The translations under genes were made by a program, and so were the position numbers. From assembly GCA_004376075.1 (NCBI GenBank), contig SOJQ01000083.1, positions 1 to 35,947 of the forward strand: a stretch of DNA of 35,947 bases, read 5' to 3'. Each line of letters opens with the position of its first letter. Position 1 is the stretch's first letter. Source of the stretch: Dehalococcoidia bacterium (GTDB taxonomy: Bacteria; Chloroflexota; Dehalococcoidia; E44-bin15). Shown here piece after piece: positions 25,100 to 34,050 of the stretch. The notes below the pieces were generated by a model. It had not been told where the DNA came from and made no database searches. It saw only the letters and a program-made list of their open reading frames with translations.

Positions 25100-27391
25100 A
25101 TGGATACCTTAGCCTTCTTGGACCACATTAGAACACTTCCCTCATATAACAGCCAGATCGTCCATATCGAGCAGGTGCCAAGCCGCAAGCCAAGCTATGG
25201 AGAGCTGGAGGAGCCCCTCCACCCCGCCCTTCATAGCTGTCTTGAGGCTTCGCAATTGCTCCCCGTCTATAGCCATCAGGCGGCAGCGATAAACGCCGCC
25301 CGCAGGGGGAGGAACGTCTTTGTGGTCACCCCCGCCGCCAGCGGCAAAACCCTTTGCTACAATGTTCCCGTCCTGGATAAGATATTAAGGGAAAAGGGGG
25401 GTCGCGCCCTCTATATTTTCCCCACCAAGGCGCTGGCACAGGATCAACTTAGGGGCCTGAGAGAGCTTGCTGGGTCTCTTGGGATGGACTGCGCCACCTT
25501 CGATGGCGATACCCCGCTGGAGGAGCGTGCTGAGATAAAGAGGTCAGCCCAGATAGTGCTTACCAATCCCGATATGCTCCACCTGGGCATCCTGCCCAAC
25601 CATCAGTCCTGGTCCCGGTTTCTTCGCCGGCTGAATTACGTGGTGGTGGATGAGGCCCATATTTACCGGGGAATCTTTGGCTCCCACGTTGCCAATGTGC
25701 TCCGCAGGCTAAGGCGCCTCTGTGCTCGCTATGGGGCAAGCCCTCAATTTATCTGCTCATCGGCCACCATCTCAAACCCCAGGGAGCATATCGAGAGGCT
25801 GGTTGGCCTCCCCTTCGAGGTCATTGATGAGGACGGCTCACCCTACGGAGGGAAGGGTTTCGTCTTTTGGGATCCCCCTCTCATTGACCAGGCAAAGTCG
25901 ACGAGGCGCAGCGCCAACACTGAGGCAACCTTCCTTTTCACTGAGCTGGTGAGAGGTGGGCTTCGCACCATCACCTTTGCCAGGTCGAGAAAGCTCACCG
26001 AGCTTATCTACATCTACGCTAGAGAGCAACTGGCTAAGGAAAAGCCGGAATTTGCCCGAAGGATCAAGCCCTATCGTGCTGGCTATCTCCCTGAGGAGAG
26101 ACGCCTCATCGAGCGGGAGCTCTTCGATGGCCAGCTTCTTGGGGCGGTGGCGACTACGGCCCTGGAGCTTGGCGTAGATATTGGCAACCTCGATGCCACG
26201 GTGCTCACCGGATACCCGGGGAGTATTACCAGCGCCTGGCAGCAGGCGGGGCGGAGCGGGAGAAGGGGGGAAAGGTCTTTAAGCTTTCTCATTGGTCTCG
26301 ATAACCCTCTGGACCAGTATTTCATGCGCCACCCTGAGGCCTTCTTTGGCAAGAGCTTTGAAAATGCCCTCATAAACCCAGAAAACCCATATATCGTGAA
26401 GCCCCATCTCCTATGTGCTTCATGGGAGCATCCCTTAACCGATGAAGATGAGGGGATGTTTGGCGAGAGCTTCGCCAAGGCAAGAGCGGAGCTGGAGGAG
26501 CAAGGTTTGCTTAAGGATCGGGGTGGTCGATGGTACCTCTCGCCAAACATCCCCTATCCCGCTGAGGATGTGAACATCCGCTCCACCTCCCGCGATCGCT
26601 ACACCGTGGTCGACGCCTCCCAAGGATACAGGGAGCTGGAGACGGTGGAGGCAACGGTTGCCTTCTTTCAGATCCATTGCGGTGCCATCTATCTTCATCA
26701 AGGGGAAGCTTATCTCGTTACCGAGCTCGATCTCATGACGCATACCGCTTATGTGATGCCTACAGATGCCGATTACTATACCCAAACAAAGGACATCACC
26801 GACCTCAGCATTGTTGAGGTGAATCAGCAGAGGGATATAGGGAGGGTAAAGGTCTATTTGGGCGAGGTGGAGGTGACCACCAGGGTGGTGGGCTTCAGAA
26901 AGAAGAGGCAGTTCACAGAGGAAGTCATCGGAGAGGAGCCCCTAGACCTGCCACCCTACTCCTTCCAAACTGTGGCTTTCTGGTTCGATATAGCGGAGCA
27001 AACCGCTCAAGAGCTCGCCATAACCGAGCTCGATTTCGCTGGGGGGCTTCATGCCACGGAGCACGCCGCCATCGCCCTCTTGCCCCTTTTCGCCCTTTGC
27101 GATAGAAACGACATCGGTGGTCTCTCCACTCCGGCCCACGCCGACACGGGGAGGCCACAGATATTTATCTATGATGCCTATCCTGGTGGCATCGGCATTG
27201 CTCAGAAGGGTTTCGAGCTTGTTGAGGAGCTTTGGCAGGCAACGCTGAAGGCGATCTCGGAGTGCCCCTGTGAGGCTGGCTGCCCCAGTTGCATCCAATC
27301 GCCCAAGTGTGGCAATAACAACGAGCCTTTGGACAAGAAGGCGGCAGAGCTCATTCTTCAGGGTCTTCTTGAGATGGTTGCTAGTTTCTGA
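25100..27391 (+). CDS. DEAD/DEAH-box helicase with a C-terminal DUF1998/MrfA zinc domain (YprA/MrfA-like)
   Basis: It has motif I TPAASGKTLCY, motif II VVVDEAHIY, motif VI QQAGRSGRRG and a C-terminal four-Cys cluster CPCEAGCPSCIQSPKCGNNNEPLDK. Confidence 0.85.
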   Translation: MDTLAFLDHIRTLPSYNSQIVHIEQVPSRKPSYGELEEPLHPALHSCLEASQLLPVYSHQAAAINAARRGRNVFVVTPAASGKTLCYNVPVLDKILREKGGRALYIFPTKALAQDQLRGLRELAGSLGMDCATFDGDTPLEERAEIKRSAQIVLTNPDMLHLGILPNHQSWSRFLRRLNYVVVDEAHIYRGIFGSHVANVLRRLRRLCARYGASPQFICSSATISNPREHIERLVGLPFEVIDEDGSPYGGKGFVFWDPPLIDQAKSTRRSANTEATFLFTELVRGGLRTITFARSRKLTELIYIYAREQLAKEKPEFARRIKPYRAGYLPEERRLIERELFDGQLLGAVATTALELGVDIGNLDATVLTGYPGSITSAWQQAGRSGRRGERSLSFLIGLDNPLDQYFMRHPEAFFGKSFENALINPENPYIVKPHLLCASWEHPLTDEDEGMFGESFAKARAELEEQGLLKDRGGRWYLSPNIPYPAEDVNIRSTSRDRYTVVDASQGYRELETVEATVAFFQIHCGAIYLHQGEAYLVTELDLMTHTAYVMPTDADYYTQTKDITDLSIVEVNQQRDIGRVKVYLGEVEVTTRVVGFRKKRQFTEEVIGEEPLDLPPYSFQTVAFWFDIAEQTAQELAITELDFAGGLHATEHAAIALLPLFALCDRNDIGGLSTPAHADTGRPQIFIYDAYPGGIGIAQKGFELVEELWQATLKAISECPCEAGCPSCIQSPKCGNNNEPLDKKAAELILQGLLEMVASF

Positions 27392-27438
27392 GATTATGGT
27401 AAAATAGATAGGAAATCCCCTTAGCTAGGTGAGGCGAT

Positions 27439-28383
27439 ATGAGTGTGGTAGGCAAAAAGGAGGAACAACTAAATGTAGAGTGGATCAAGTGGGGCAGGAT
27501 CACCTGGGTCAACGTCGAAAAGCCTACGCCAAAGGAAATCGAGTATCTGGCCAAGAACTACCTCTTTCATCCCTTGGACTTGGAGGACTGTCGCAGCAGG
27601 ATCGAACTCCCCAAGATTGATGAGTATGAGAACTATCTCTTTCTGGTGCTCCACTTCCCTGTATTCAGCAAGGAGGCTCGGGTAACCACCCCAAGCCAGG
27701 TCTCCATCTTTATCGGCGAGGACTATGTGGTCACGGTGCATTCCGGCGATCTGAAGCCACTGTCGAAGCTGTTTGATGATTGCCAGCAGAATGAGCGGGC
27801 CAGGGAGGATAACATGGCCCGAAGCTCGGGCTATCTCCTTTACCGCATCCTCGATCGGCTGGTAGACTATTGCTTCCCGATCGTGAACAAGATCATCGCC
27901 AATGTGGAGGCGGTGGAGGACAGGCTTTTCAGCGAGGTAACCCGTGACACGGTACAGGAGATCTCCCTCCTCGGGCGCGACATCATGGCCTATCGCCGCA
28001 TTATTCGCCCTCAGCCTGCGATCCTTAAGTCTCTGGAGGAAAAGGATTACCCCTTCCTCAGGGAGGACCTCGATGTCTACTTTGGCGACATCGGCGACCA
28101 CATCGGTAAGATCATCGAGACCCTGGATGAATATAAGGAGGTGGTGGAGGGACTTTATAAGAGCAACGATTCCCTCTTCTCTCACCGCACCAACGACGTA
28201 ATGAAGATGCTCACCATCCTGGGCACCATTCTGCTCCCCCTGCTGCTGGTTGCCAGTCTTTATGGTATGAACGTCCCCCTCCCCTTTGAGGATAGCTCCC
28301 TTGCCTTTACCGTCATCATACTAATATCGTTCGCTATCTCCGGGGGCATGCTTTTCTACTTCCGCTTCAAGCGATGGATATAA
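27439..28383 (+). CDS. corA: Magnesium/cobalt transporter CorA
   Basis: It is 314 aa with a cytoplasmic domain followed by two C-terminal TM helices flanking the signature YGMNV (LYGMNVPLPF). Confidence 0.9.
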   Translation: MSVVGKKEEQLNVEWIKWGRITWVNVEKPTPKEIEYLAKNYLFHPLDLEDCRSRIELPKIDEYENYLFLVLHFPVFSKEARVTTPSQVSIFIGEDYVVTVHSGDLKPLSKLFDDCQQNERAREDNMARSSGYLLYRILDRLVDYCFPIVNKIIANVEAVEDRLFSEVTRDTVQEISLLGRDIMAYRRIIRPQPAILKSLEEKDYPFLREDLDVYFGDIGDHIGKIIETLDEYKEVVEGLYKSNDSLFSHRTNDVMKMLTILGTILLPLLLVASLYGMNVPLPFEDSSLAFTVIILISFAISGGMLFYFRFKRWI

Positions 28384-28423
28384 AGAGGTGCCCCTTATCA
28401 CCCTTTGACCAGGGGAAAGGTCG
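28384..28423 (+). promoter_or_regulatory. Candidate preQ1-I-like hairpin/pseudoknot that could sequester the yhhQ-like Shine-Dalgarno
   Basis: AGAGG (28384-28388) pairs with CCUUU (28402-28406). The loop CCCC (28391-28394) is complementary to GGGG (28412-28415), which lies in the SD region. The 5' half resembles the B. subtilis preQ1-I aptamer as I remember it, but the A-rich tail is missing. See the finding for details. Confidence 0.25.
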
Positions 28424-29029
28424 GTGACCATCCTACTTATTGGCATTTATATCGCCTGCGAGATAATTGCCAATGTTACCGCCTCCAAGCCTGTAGCGAT
28501 GGGCAGTATTGTGGTGCCGGCCGCCGTTTTCATCTATGCCCTGACCTTCACCCTCATCGACCTGATCAACGAGAGGCTGGGCAAGCAGAGGGCGCGGCAG
28601 GTGATCTACGCTGCCTTTGCCGCTAACTTCCTCCTCGCCATCTATTGCCAGTTTGCCATTGCCCTGCCCCCTGCCCCCTTTTACCAGGGACAGGAGGCCT
28701 TTACCGCGGTGCTGGGCTCCACCGGGCGCATCGTTATCGCCAGCCTCACCGCCTATCTGGTGGCCTCCCTCATCGATGTCGAGGTCTTCGCCTGGTGGCG
28801 GCGAAGAATAGGAGGATATAGGTGGGCCAGGGTACTGGCGAGCAATACCATCTCCACCCTGGTGGATAGCGTTGTTTTTATTAGCATCGCTTTTTGGGGC
28901 ATCTATCCGTTGCTCCCTATGATCGGGGGCCAATACATGGTGAAGATGGGGATTGCTCTAATAAGCATCCCCTTGATATATCTGGTGCGGGCAAGACCCT
29001 TGAGGATGGAACCGGAAAGGGTGGTGTAA
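28424..29029 (+). CDS. yhhQ: Queuosine-precursor (VUT/YhhQ family) transporter
   Basis: It has a GTG start and is a multi-TM protein. The pattern SLTAYLVASLIDVEVFAWWRRR...WARVLASNTISTLVDSVVFISIAFWG parallels the E. coli YhhQ C-terminal half (ILDVHVFNRLR...STLFGNVSDTLAFFFIAFW). Confidence 0.75.
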   Translation: MTILLIGIYIACEIIANVTASKPVAMGSIVVPAAVFIYALTFTLIDLINERLGKQRARQVIYAAFAANFLLAIYCQFAIALPPAPFYQGQEAFTAVLGSTGRIVIASLTAYLVASLIDVEVFAWWRRRIGGYRWARVLASNTISTLVDSVVFISIAFWGIYPLLPMIGGQYMVKMGIALISIPLIYLVRARPLRMEPERVV

Positions 29030-29030
29030 G

Positions 29031-29801
29031 ATGGAAATTCGGATCCTCGGTGCCCATAACTGCGAGTCCCGTGACACCAGGCTGGTCTCCCTCCTTATCG
29101 ACCAAACCCTGGCTATAGATGCGGGAAGCCTCACCTCGAGCCTTTCCATCGCCGAGCAGCAACATCTTAAGGCTGTGCTCATCACCCATCATCACTTCGA
29201 TCACATCAGGGACCTGGCCACTCTGGGCATGAATATCTACCCCGGGGGCACCATTGAGCTCTACGCCCTCGATAGCGCTCTGAGCATGGTCTCTAGTCAC
29301 CTTTTCACTGAGGAGATCTATGTGGATTTTCGCAAAAGGCCTAGCCCTGAAAGGCCCACCTTCAAATTATGCCCCTTGGAGCCATATAAGGAGGTGATCA
29401 TCGGGGGATATGCCGTTCTGCCCCTCCCGGTGAGCCATAACGTACCCGCGGTGGGTTATCAGATCACCTCCCGGGATAATAAGTGTATCTTCTTCAGCGG
29501 CGATACAGGAAGGAATCCCTCATCTCTTTGGCAGGCACTCTCACCCCAGCTTCTGATCATCGAGGTCACCATGCCCAACAGGCTTGAGATGGTGGCTACC
29601 TCCTCGGGGCACCTCTGCCCTCGGCTGCTTAAGGAGGAGCTTGGGGAGTTCAGAAAAATCAGGGGATACCTACCCCCTATCGTCACCGTTCACATGGGCC
29701 CCCAGTTTGAGGGCGAGATCAGGGAGGAGGTGGAGCGCATCTCCGGGGAGCTGGAGGCGGAGATCACCCTGGGTTATGAGGGGATGAAGATTCTTCTTTA
29801 G
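29031..29801 (+). CDS. MBL-fold metallo-hydrolase (class-II cyclic-nucleotide phosphodiesterase-like)
   Basis: It has ITHHHFDHIRDL (HxHxDH), SHNVPAVGY and FSGDTG. The substrate cannot be assigned from sequence. Confidence 0.7.
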   Translation: MEIRILGAHNCESRDTRLVSLLIDQTLAIDAGSLTSSLSIAEQQHLKAVLITHHHFDHIRDLATLGMNIYPGGTIELYALDSALSMVSSHLFTEEIYVDFRKRPSPERPTFKLCPLEPYKEVIIGGYAVLPLPVSHNVPAVGYQITSRDNKCIFFSGDTGRNPSSLWQALSPQLLIIEVTMPNRLEMVATSSGHLCPRLLKEELGEFRKIRGYLPPIVTVHMGPQFEGEIREEVERISGELEAEITLGYEGMKILL

Positions 29802-29810
29802 AGAGCAGAA

Positions 29811-30287
29811 ATGAGACCTAGGTTTATTGTTGATACCAATGTTGGCCGGTTGGCGCGTTGGCTGAGGATGATGGGCTATGATGCCCTCTTCATCAATAGG
29901 ATCGATGATGAGGGGCTGATCGCTATCGGCTTAAAGGAGAACAGGGTGCTACTCACCAAGGACACCCAGATCATGAGGAGGCGGGTGGTCACCAGTGGAA
30001 AGCTCAAAGCCCTTCTCATCGAAAGTGACAACCACAAGGCTCAACTGCATCAGGTGGTGAAGGCAATGAACTTGGACTTTGAGGGGAGGCAGTTCACCCT
30101 TTGCCTGGAGTGCAACGAGCCTTTGATCCCGAGGAGAAAGGAAGAGGTCCGTGATCTGGTGCCCCCCTACGTTTTCCAGACGCAGAGCCACTATGTGGAG
30201 TGTCCTCGCTGCCACAGAATCTATTGGCGGGGCACCCATTGGCAGAGAATGAAAAGGGAGCTGGAGACGCTTACGGAGGGTGAATGA
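29811..30287 (+). CDS. Mut7-C (DUF82) PIN-like RNase-domain protein with a zinc ribbon
   Basis: It has FIVDTNVGRLARWLRMMGYDA, then C-x2-C...C-x2-C (LCLECNEPL ... VECPRCHRIYWRGTHW). The stop overlaps the next gene's ATG (ATGA at 30284-30287). Confidence 0.75.
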   Translation: MRPRFIVDTNVGRLARWLRMMGYDALFINRIDDEGLIAIGLKENRVLLTKDTQIMRRRVVTSGKLKALLIESDNHKAQLHQVVKAMNLDFEGRQFTLCLECNEPLIPRRKEEVRDLVPPYVFQTQSHYVECPRCHRIYWRGTHWQRMKRELETLTEGE

Positions 30288-31414
30288 GAAAGGGAGCCTT
30301 TATTTATGAGCAGGCCCAATCGACCTATTTCCTCAGGGAGGATCATGTGCTCACTCCCACCCGCCTTCAGTTAACCTGTGAACTGCTCCAATTTTATGGT
30401 GCCTTCGATGAGCCCTCCTCCCGGTTGCTGGCCCCAAGGCAGGCCGAGGAGGAGGAGATCCTCTCCTTCCACACCAGGGAGTATCTGGAGGCGGTTAAAA
30501 GCCTCAGCCTGGGGGAGGAGCGCTTCGATCCTGCCGCCTTCAATTTCAGCGCTGAGGGCGATAATCCCCCTTACCGGGGGATGTATGAGGCCTCGGCCTT
30601 GGAAGTGGGGGCCTCCCTGGTTGCCGCTGAGCTGGTGGAAAGCGGGGAGGTGGATGTTGCCTTCAACATCTCTGGGGGGCTGCACCACGGTGCGCCAAAC
30701 TATGCCTCCGGCTTTTGTGTCTTTAATGATGTGGTCATTGCCCTTATCTCCCTGGTGAGGAAGGGGCTCAGGATAGCCTATATTGACATCGATGCCCATC
30801 ATGGCGATGGGGTTCAGCACGCCTTCTACCAAAGCGATAGGGTGCTCAACATCTCCTTTCACGAGTGGGGGCGGTACCTCTTCCCTGGCACAGGCGGGGT
30901 TAGCGAGATGGGCAAAGGTCCTGGCATGGGCTATTCGGTGAACCTCCCCTTCTTCCCATATACCGACGACCAGATTTACCTCTGGGCCTTCAAAGAGATC
31001 GTGCCCCCCTTGGTGGAAAAATTCAACCCGGACATTTTGGTCACCCAGTTGGGCTGCGATACCCATTATTTGGATCCCTTAACCCATTTTGTGCTCACCA
31101 CCGAGGGCTATACTGAGGTGATAAGGGAGCTTGGAAGGCTTGCTCCCAGGTGGATCGCCCTGGGTGGCGGCGGCTACGATATGGGTGTGGTCGCCAGGGC
31201 TTGGACCCTGGCCTATGGGGTGATGATCGACCGTGATTGGCCCGATGATATCCCCTCAGAATTTCAAGAGCGCTACGGGCTGAAGAAGCTGAGGGACCAC
31301 GCCGAGCTCACCATCGATGGCAAGATCAAGGAGCAGGCGCGTCTCTTCGCTGAGAGGGGGGTTGAGGAGATCAAGAGGACCATCTTCCCTCTTTTTTCAC
31401 TTTTTTCGCCCTAA
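30284..31414 (+). CDS. Histone deacetylase-family enzyme (AcuC/acetylpolyamine amidohydrolase-like)
   Basis: It has the motifs SGGLHHG, DIDAHHGDGVQHAFY and GGGGY. Confidence 0.85.
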   Translation: MRKGAFIYEQAQSTYFLREDHVLTPTRLQLTCELLQFYGAFDEPSSRLLAPRQAEEEEILSFHTREYLEAVKSLSLGEERFDPAAFNFSAEGDNPPYRGMYEASALEVGASLVAAELVESGEVDVAFNISGGLHHGAPNYASGFCVFNDVVIALISLVRKGLRIAYIDIDAHHGDGVQHAFYQSDRVLNISFHEWGRYLFPGTGGVSEMGKGPGMGYSVNLPFFPYTDDQIYLWAFKEIVPPLVEKFNPDILVTQLGCDTHYLDPLTHFVLTTEGYTEVIRELGRLAPRWIALGGGGYDMGVVARAWTLAYGVMIDRDWPDDIPSEFQERYGLKKLRDHAELTIDGKIKEQARLFAERGVEEIKRTIFPLFSLFSP

Positions 31415-31462
31415 TCTCCTTTTTTCGTACTTCAACCTGAATCCGATGAGAGCGAGGCTTAG

Positions 31463-32470
31463 GTGCTTAGAGAGGCGCTTTTATATCAGAAGCTAGAGGG
31501 CGAAAAGGTGAGATGCAACACCTGCCCTCGCCATTGCGTCCTTGGGGAGGGGAGGAGGGGCTTTTGCTTCACCCGCCAGAACCAAGGGGGGAAGCTTTTT
31601 AGCCTGATCTACGGTGAGGTCGCCTCCCTATCGATAAACCCCGTAGAGAAGAAGCCGGTATTTCATTTCTATCCGGGGAGCCGCTGGCTTTCCCTGGGGG
31701 CGCTGGGGTGCAACTTTCGCTGCCCCGGCTGCCAGAACTGGGAGCTCTCTCACTCTAGGGGTGGAACTGCCAACTACCTCTCGCCCGAAGAGCTCGTTTC
31801 CCTGGCAAAGCGGCATCGTTGCCTGGGCATCTCCTGGACCTTTAACGAACCCACCATCTGGCTGGAATACACCATCGATGGTGCCAAATTAGCCAAGGAG
31901 CAGGGTCTCTATACCAACTACGTTACCAATGGCTACATCACCGAGGAGGCCCTGGATGCTATTGGACCCCATCTCGATGTCTATCGGGTGGATATAAAGG
32001 GCTTTTCACGAGGTTCTTACGGCAGGACCGCTCACATAGCAGATTTTGTTCCCATCCTAGAGGCAGCCAAAAGGGCGAAGGAAAAGTGGGGGATGCATGT
32101 GGAGCTGGTGACCAACCTTACCCCTGGATACAACGACGATGAGAAGGAGCTTAGGGGGATCGCCAATTGGATATGCCGGGAGCTGGGAGCCTATACCCCC
32201 TGGCATATCACCCGCTTCTTCCCCCATCTAAAGCTGTCCCACCTGGAGTCCACCCCGTTAGCCACTCTGGAAAGAGGGCGAAGGATCGCTCACGAAGAGG
32301 GGTTGTATTATGTATATTTGGGCAACCTCCCCGGACACTCCGGTGAGAACACCTATTGCCACCAGTGCGCTAGGCTTCTCATCGGAAGACACGTCTTCGA
32401 TGTTATTGAATATAACCTCACAGAGGGGAGATGCCGCTATTGTGATACCCCTATACCGGGAAGGTTTTAA
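31463..32470 (+). CDS. amrS: AmmeMemoRadiSam-system radical SAM enzyme
   Basis: It has an N-terminal Cys cluster (RCNTCPRHCVLGEGRRGFCFTR), NPVEKKPVFHFYPGS and the radical-SAM motif GCNFRCPGCQNWELS. It has a GTG start. Confidence 0.8.
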   Translation: MLREALLYQKLEGEKVRCNTCPRHCVLGEGRRGFCFTRQNQGGKLFSLIYGEVASLSINPVEKKPVFHFYPGSRWLSLGALGCNFRCPGCQNWELSHSRGGTANYLSPEELVSLAKRHRCLGISWTFNEPTIWLEYTIDGAKLAKEQGLYTNYVTNGYITEEALDAIGPHLDVYRVDIKGFSRGSYGRTAHIADFVPILEAAKRAKEKWGMHVELVTNLTPGYNDDEKELRGIANWICRELGAYTPWHITRFFPHLKLSHLESTPLATLERGRRIAHEEGLYYVYLGNLPGHSGENTYCHQCARLLIGRHVFDVIEYNLTEGRCRYCDTPIPGRF

Positions 32471-32494
32471 ACCAATTTTCGGCGGGAGAATACT

Positions 32495-33238
32495 ATGTTA
32501 TTTGACCAAAAGAATGAAAAAGAGTTTAGGAGGAAACAGGGGATCGAGGAGTTGGGAGGCTACGATGCGGTCATCTTTCGTTTGGGTTTGAGTTTTGAAG
32601 GGCTGCCAAATTTCCCCCCACCTGAGCCTGAGGTCTATGGGCTGGAATCCCTTAGTGGCTCCAAAATCTATAAGGGGAGTAGGGGAGGAAAGGAGATACT
32701 CTTTGCTCCAACCCTGATGGGCGCACCGGCAGCCAGTTTCAATATAGAAAGGTATTTGTGTCATTCCCCTGCCTCTGTGGGGATAGGGCTTGGTTATTGT
32801 GGTGGACTGAAAGCGGAGATTGAAATAGGGAGGATAATCATCCCCGCTAAAGCCATAATCGGCGAGGGGACCAGTAAATACTACGGCAAAGGTGAGATTT
32901 CAAGCGCCGACCAGAGCCTGGTGAGAAGGCTTGTCGATGTGACGCGACGTTTCGGCTATGAACCGCTGGTTGGGGAAATCTATTCCATCGATGCCCCCCT
33001 TATGGAGACACCAGACCTTATTAGCGAATTGTCCCAGCAGGGGATCCTGGGGATCGATATGGAAACCTCGGCTCTATTTTCCATCGCCGAATATCATAGC
33101 AAAAGGGTAGCCGCTATTTTGGTGGTCTCCGACAAACCCTACGAAGGCTCTGTTTATGACTTCCCTCCCCCTCTCCAAGCAATTGAAGGAGTTACCGAGG
33201 ATGTCATCAAAATCTGCATCGAAGCCCTAACAGGTTGA
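32495..33238 (+). CDS. Nucleoside phosphorylase-family (PNP_UDP_1-like) protein
   Basis: GIDMETSALFSIAEYHSKRVAAILVVSD and the overall length fit the PNP/UDP phosphorylase superfamily. The specificity is unknown. Confidence 0.65.
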   Translation: MLFDQKNEKEFRRKQGIEELGGYDAVIFRLGLSFEGLPNFPPPEPEVYGLESLSGSKIYKGSRGGKEILFAPTLMGAPAASFNIERYLCHSPASVGIGLGYCGGLKAEIEIGRIIIPAKAIIGEGTSKYYGKGEISSADQSLVRRLVDVTRRFGYEPLVGEIYSIDAPLMETPDLISELSQQGILGIDMETSALFSIAEYHSKRVAAILVVSDKPYEGSVYDFPPPLQAIEGVTEDVIKICIEALTG

Positions 33239-33314
33239 AAAGACTATTAGGGGATTCCAACCCCGTAAACATTCATAGCCTGCGATTACCCCGGTGGTAA
33301 ATTTCGCTATAAAA

Positions 33315-33407
33315 GGGTGAAATTGCGAAAAATTGTGGTGATGACAGGCAACTTGACCTCAGCTTCATCTTGTCCCCAGCAGACGGGCAAAAATCGCAAT
33401 TTCACCC
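33315..33407. repeat. Perfect 14-bp inverted repeat with a 65-nt spacer
   Basis: GGGTGAAATTGCGA (33315-33328) is the exact reverse complement of TCGCAATTTCACCC (33394-33407). It lies in the 272-nt convergent spacer between the phosphorylase-like gene and cutA. Confidence 0.6.
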
Positions 33408-33418
33408 CTCTGACACCC

Positions 33419-33484
33419 TTTTTGCTCTGCCCTGCGGTTTCTTTTCCCTATTAGAGAGGAGCGCCATATTATGGAGAGCAAAAA
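33419..33484. repeat. Perfect 10-bp inverted repeat with a 46-nt spacer
   Basis: TTTTTGCTCT (33419-33428) is the exact reverse complement of AGAGCAAAAA (33475-33484). It sits immediately next to the first inverted repeat. Confidence 0.55.
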
Positions 33485-33510
33485 CTTAATCGGCTGCTGC
33501 GGGGGGATAA

Positions 33511-33837
33511 CTATTTCAGCGATGTCACTTCATCGATCCATTTCAGGTAATCGGGATTGCCTCCTAATATGGGTAGGGCGACAACCTCAGGAACCTCATA
33601 ACTATGATTTTCCTTGACCAATCTAACGAGCTCATCCAGTAGCGATGCCTTGGTCTTGACTATAAGTAAGGCCTCATCGGCGGAATCGATCTCGCCCTGC
33701 CACCAGAATTTCGAATGCACCCCGGGCACGATGTTCACACAGGCAGCCTTCCTCTCGGCAACGAGGATATGGGCTATCCTGCCAGCCTCTTCGGTAGTGC
33801 CCGCAGTTATGAAAACCACTAAATAATTTTTCTTCAT
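33511..33837 (-). CDS. cutA: Divalent-cation tolerance protein CutA
   Basis: The 108-aa product has AACVNIVPGVHSKFWWQGEIDSADEALLIVKT and HSYEVPEVVALPI, both typical of CutA1. Confidence 0.9.
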   Translation of the reverse strand: MKKNYLVVFITAGTTEEAGRIAHILVAERKAACVNIVPGVHSKFWWQGEIDSADEALLIVKTKASLLDELVRLVKENHSYEVPEVVALPILGGNPDYLKWIDEVTSLK

Positions 33838-34050
33838 CTTCCCTCCAGGCTGGAGATTTTTACCTCGCCCCAGACCCCCATCTTACCCCTCATTCCCCAT
33901 TACTCCAGGGGCAGATTGACCAGCTATCTATTATACTAGTCCAGCTTCGAAAAGGGTAGAGAGAGGGTGAGCATCGCCACCAGTAGGCAAGAGATGAGGG
34001 AAACGCTGCATAGAGGGGGGAGACCAGGCATACCGCCAAAAGGAGGAAGA

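Noticed and set aside
25100-27391. DUF1998-containing DEAH helicase, considered as a DISARM/Dpd-type defence component
   Set aside because: Helicase and DUF1998 are fused in a single polypeptide as in housekeeping MrfA/YprA-type repair helicases. The composition is host-like, and no methylase, PLD or DrmB/DrmC-like partners are adjacent.
33471-33617. 48-codon ORF (MESKNLIGCCGG...) preceded by GAGGAG in the spacer before cutA
   Set aside because: Most of it runs antisense through the 3' end of cutA. The product has an implausible composition, and the Shine-Dalgarno-like sequence is more simply part of the inverted-repeat region.
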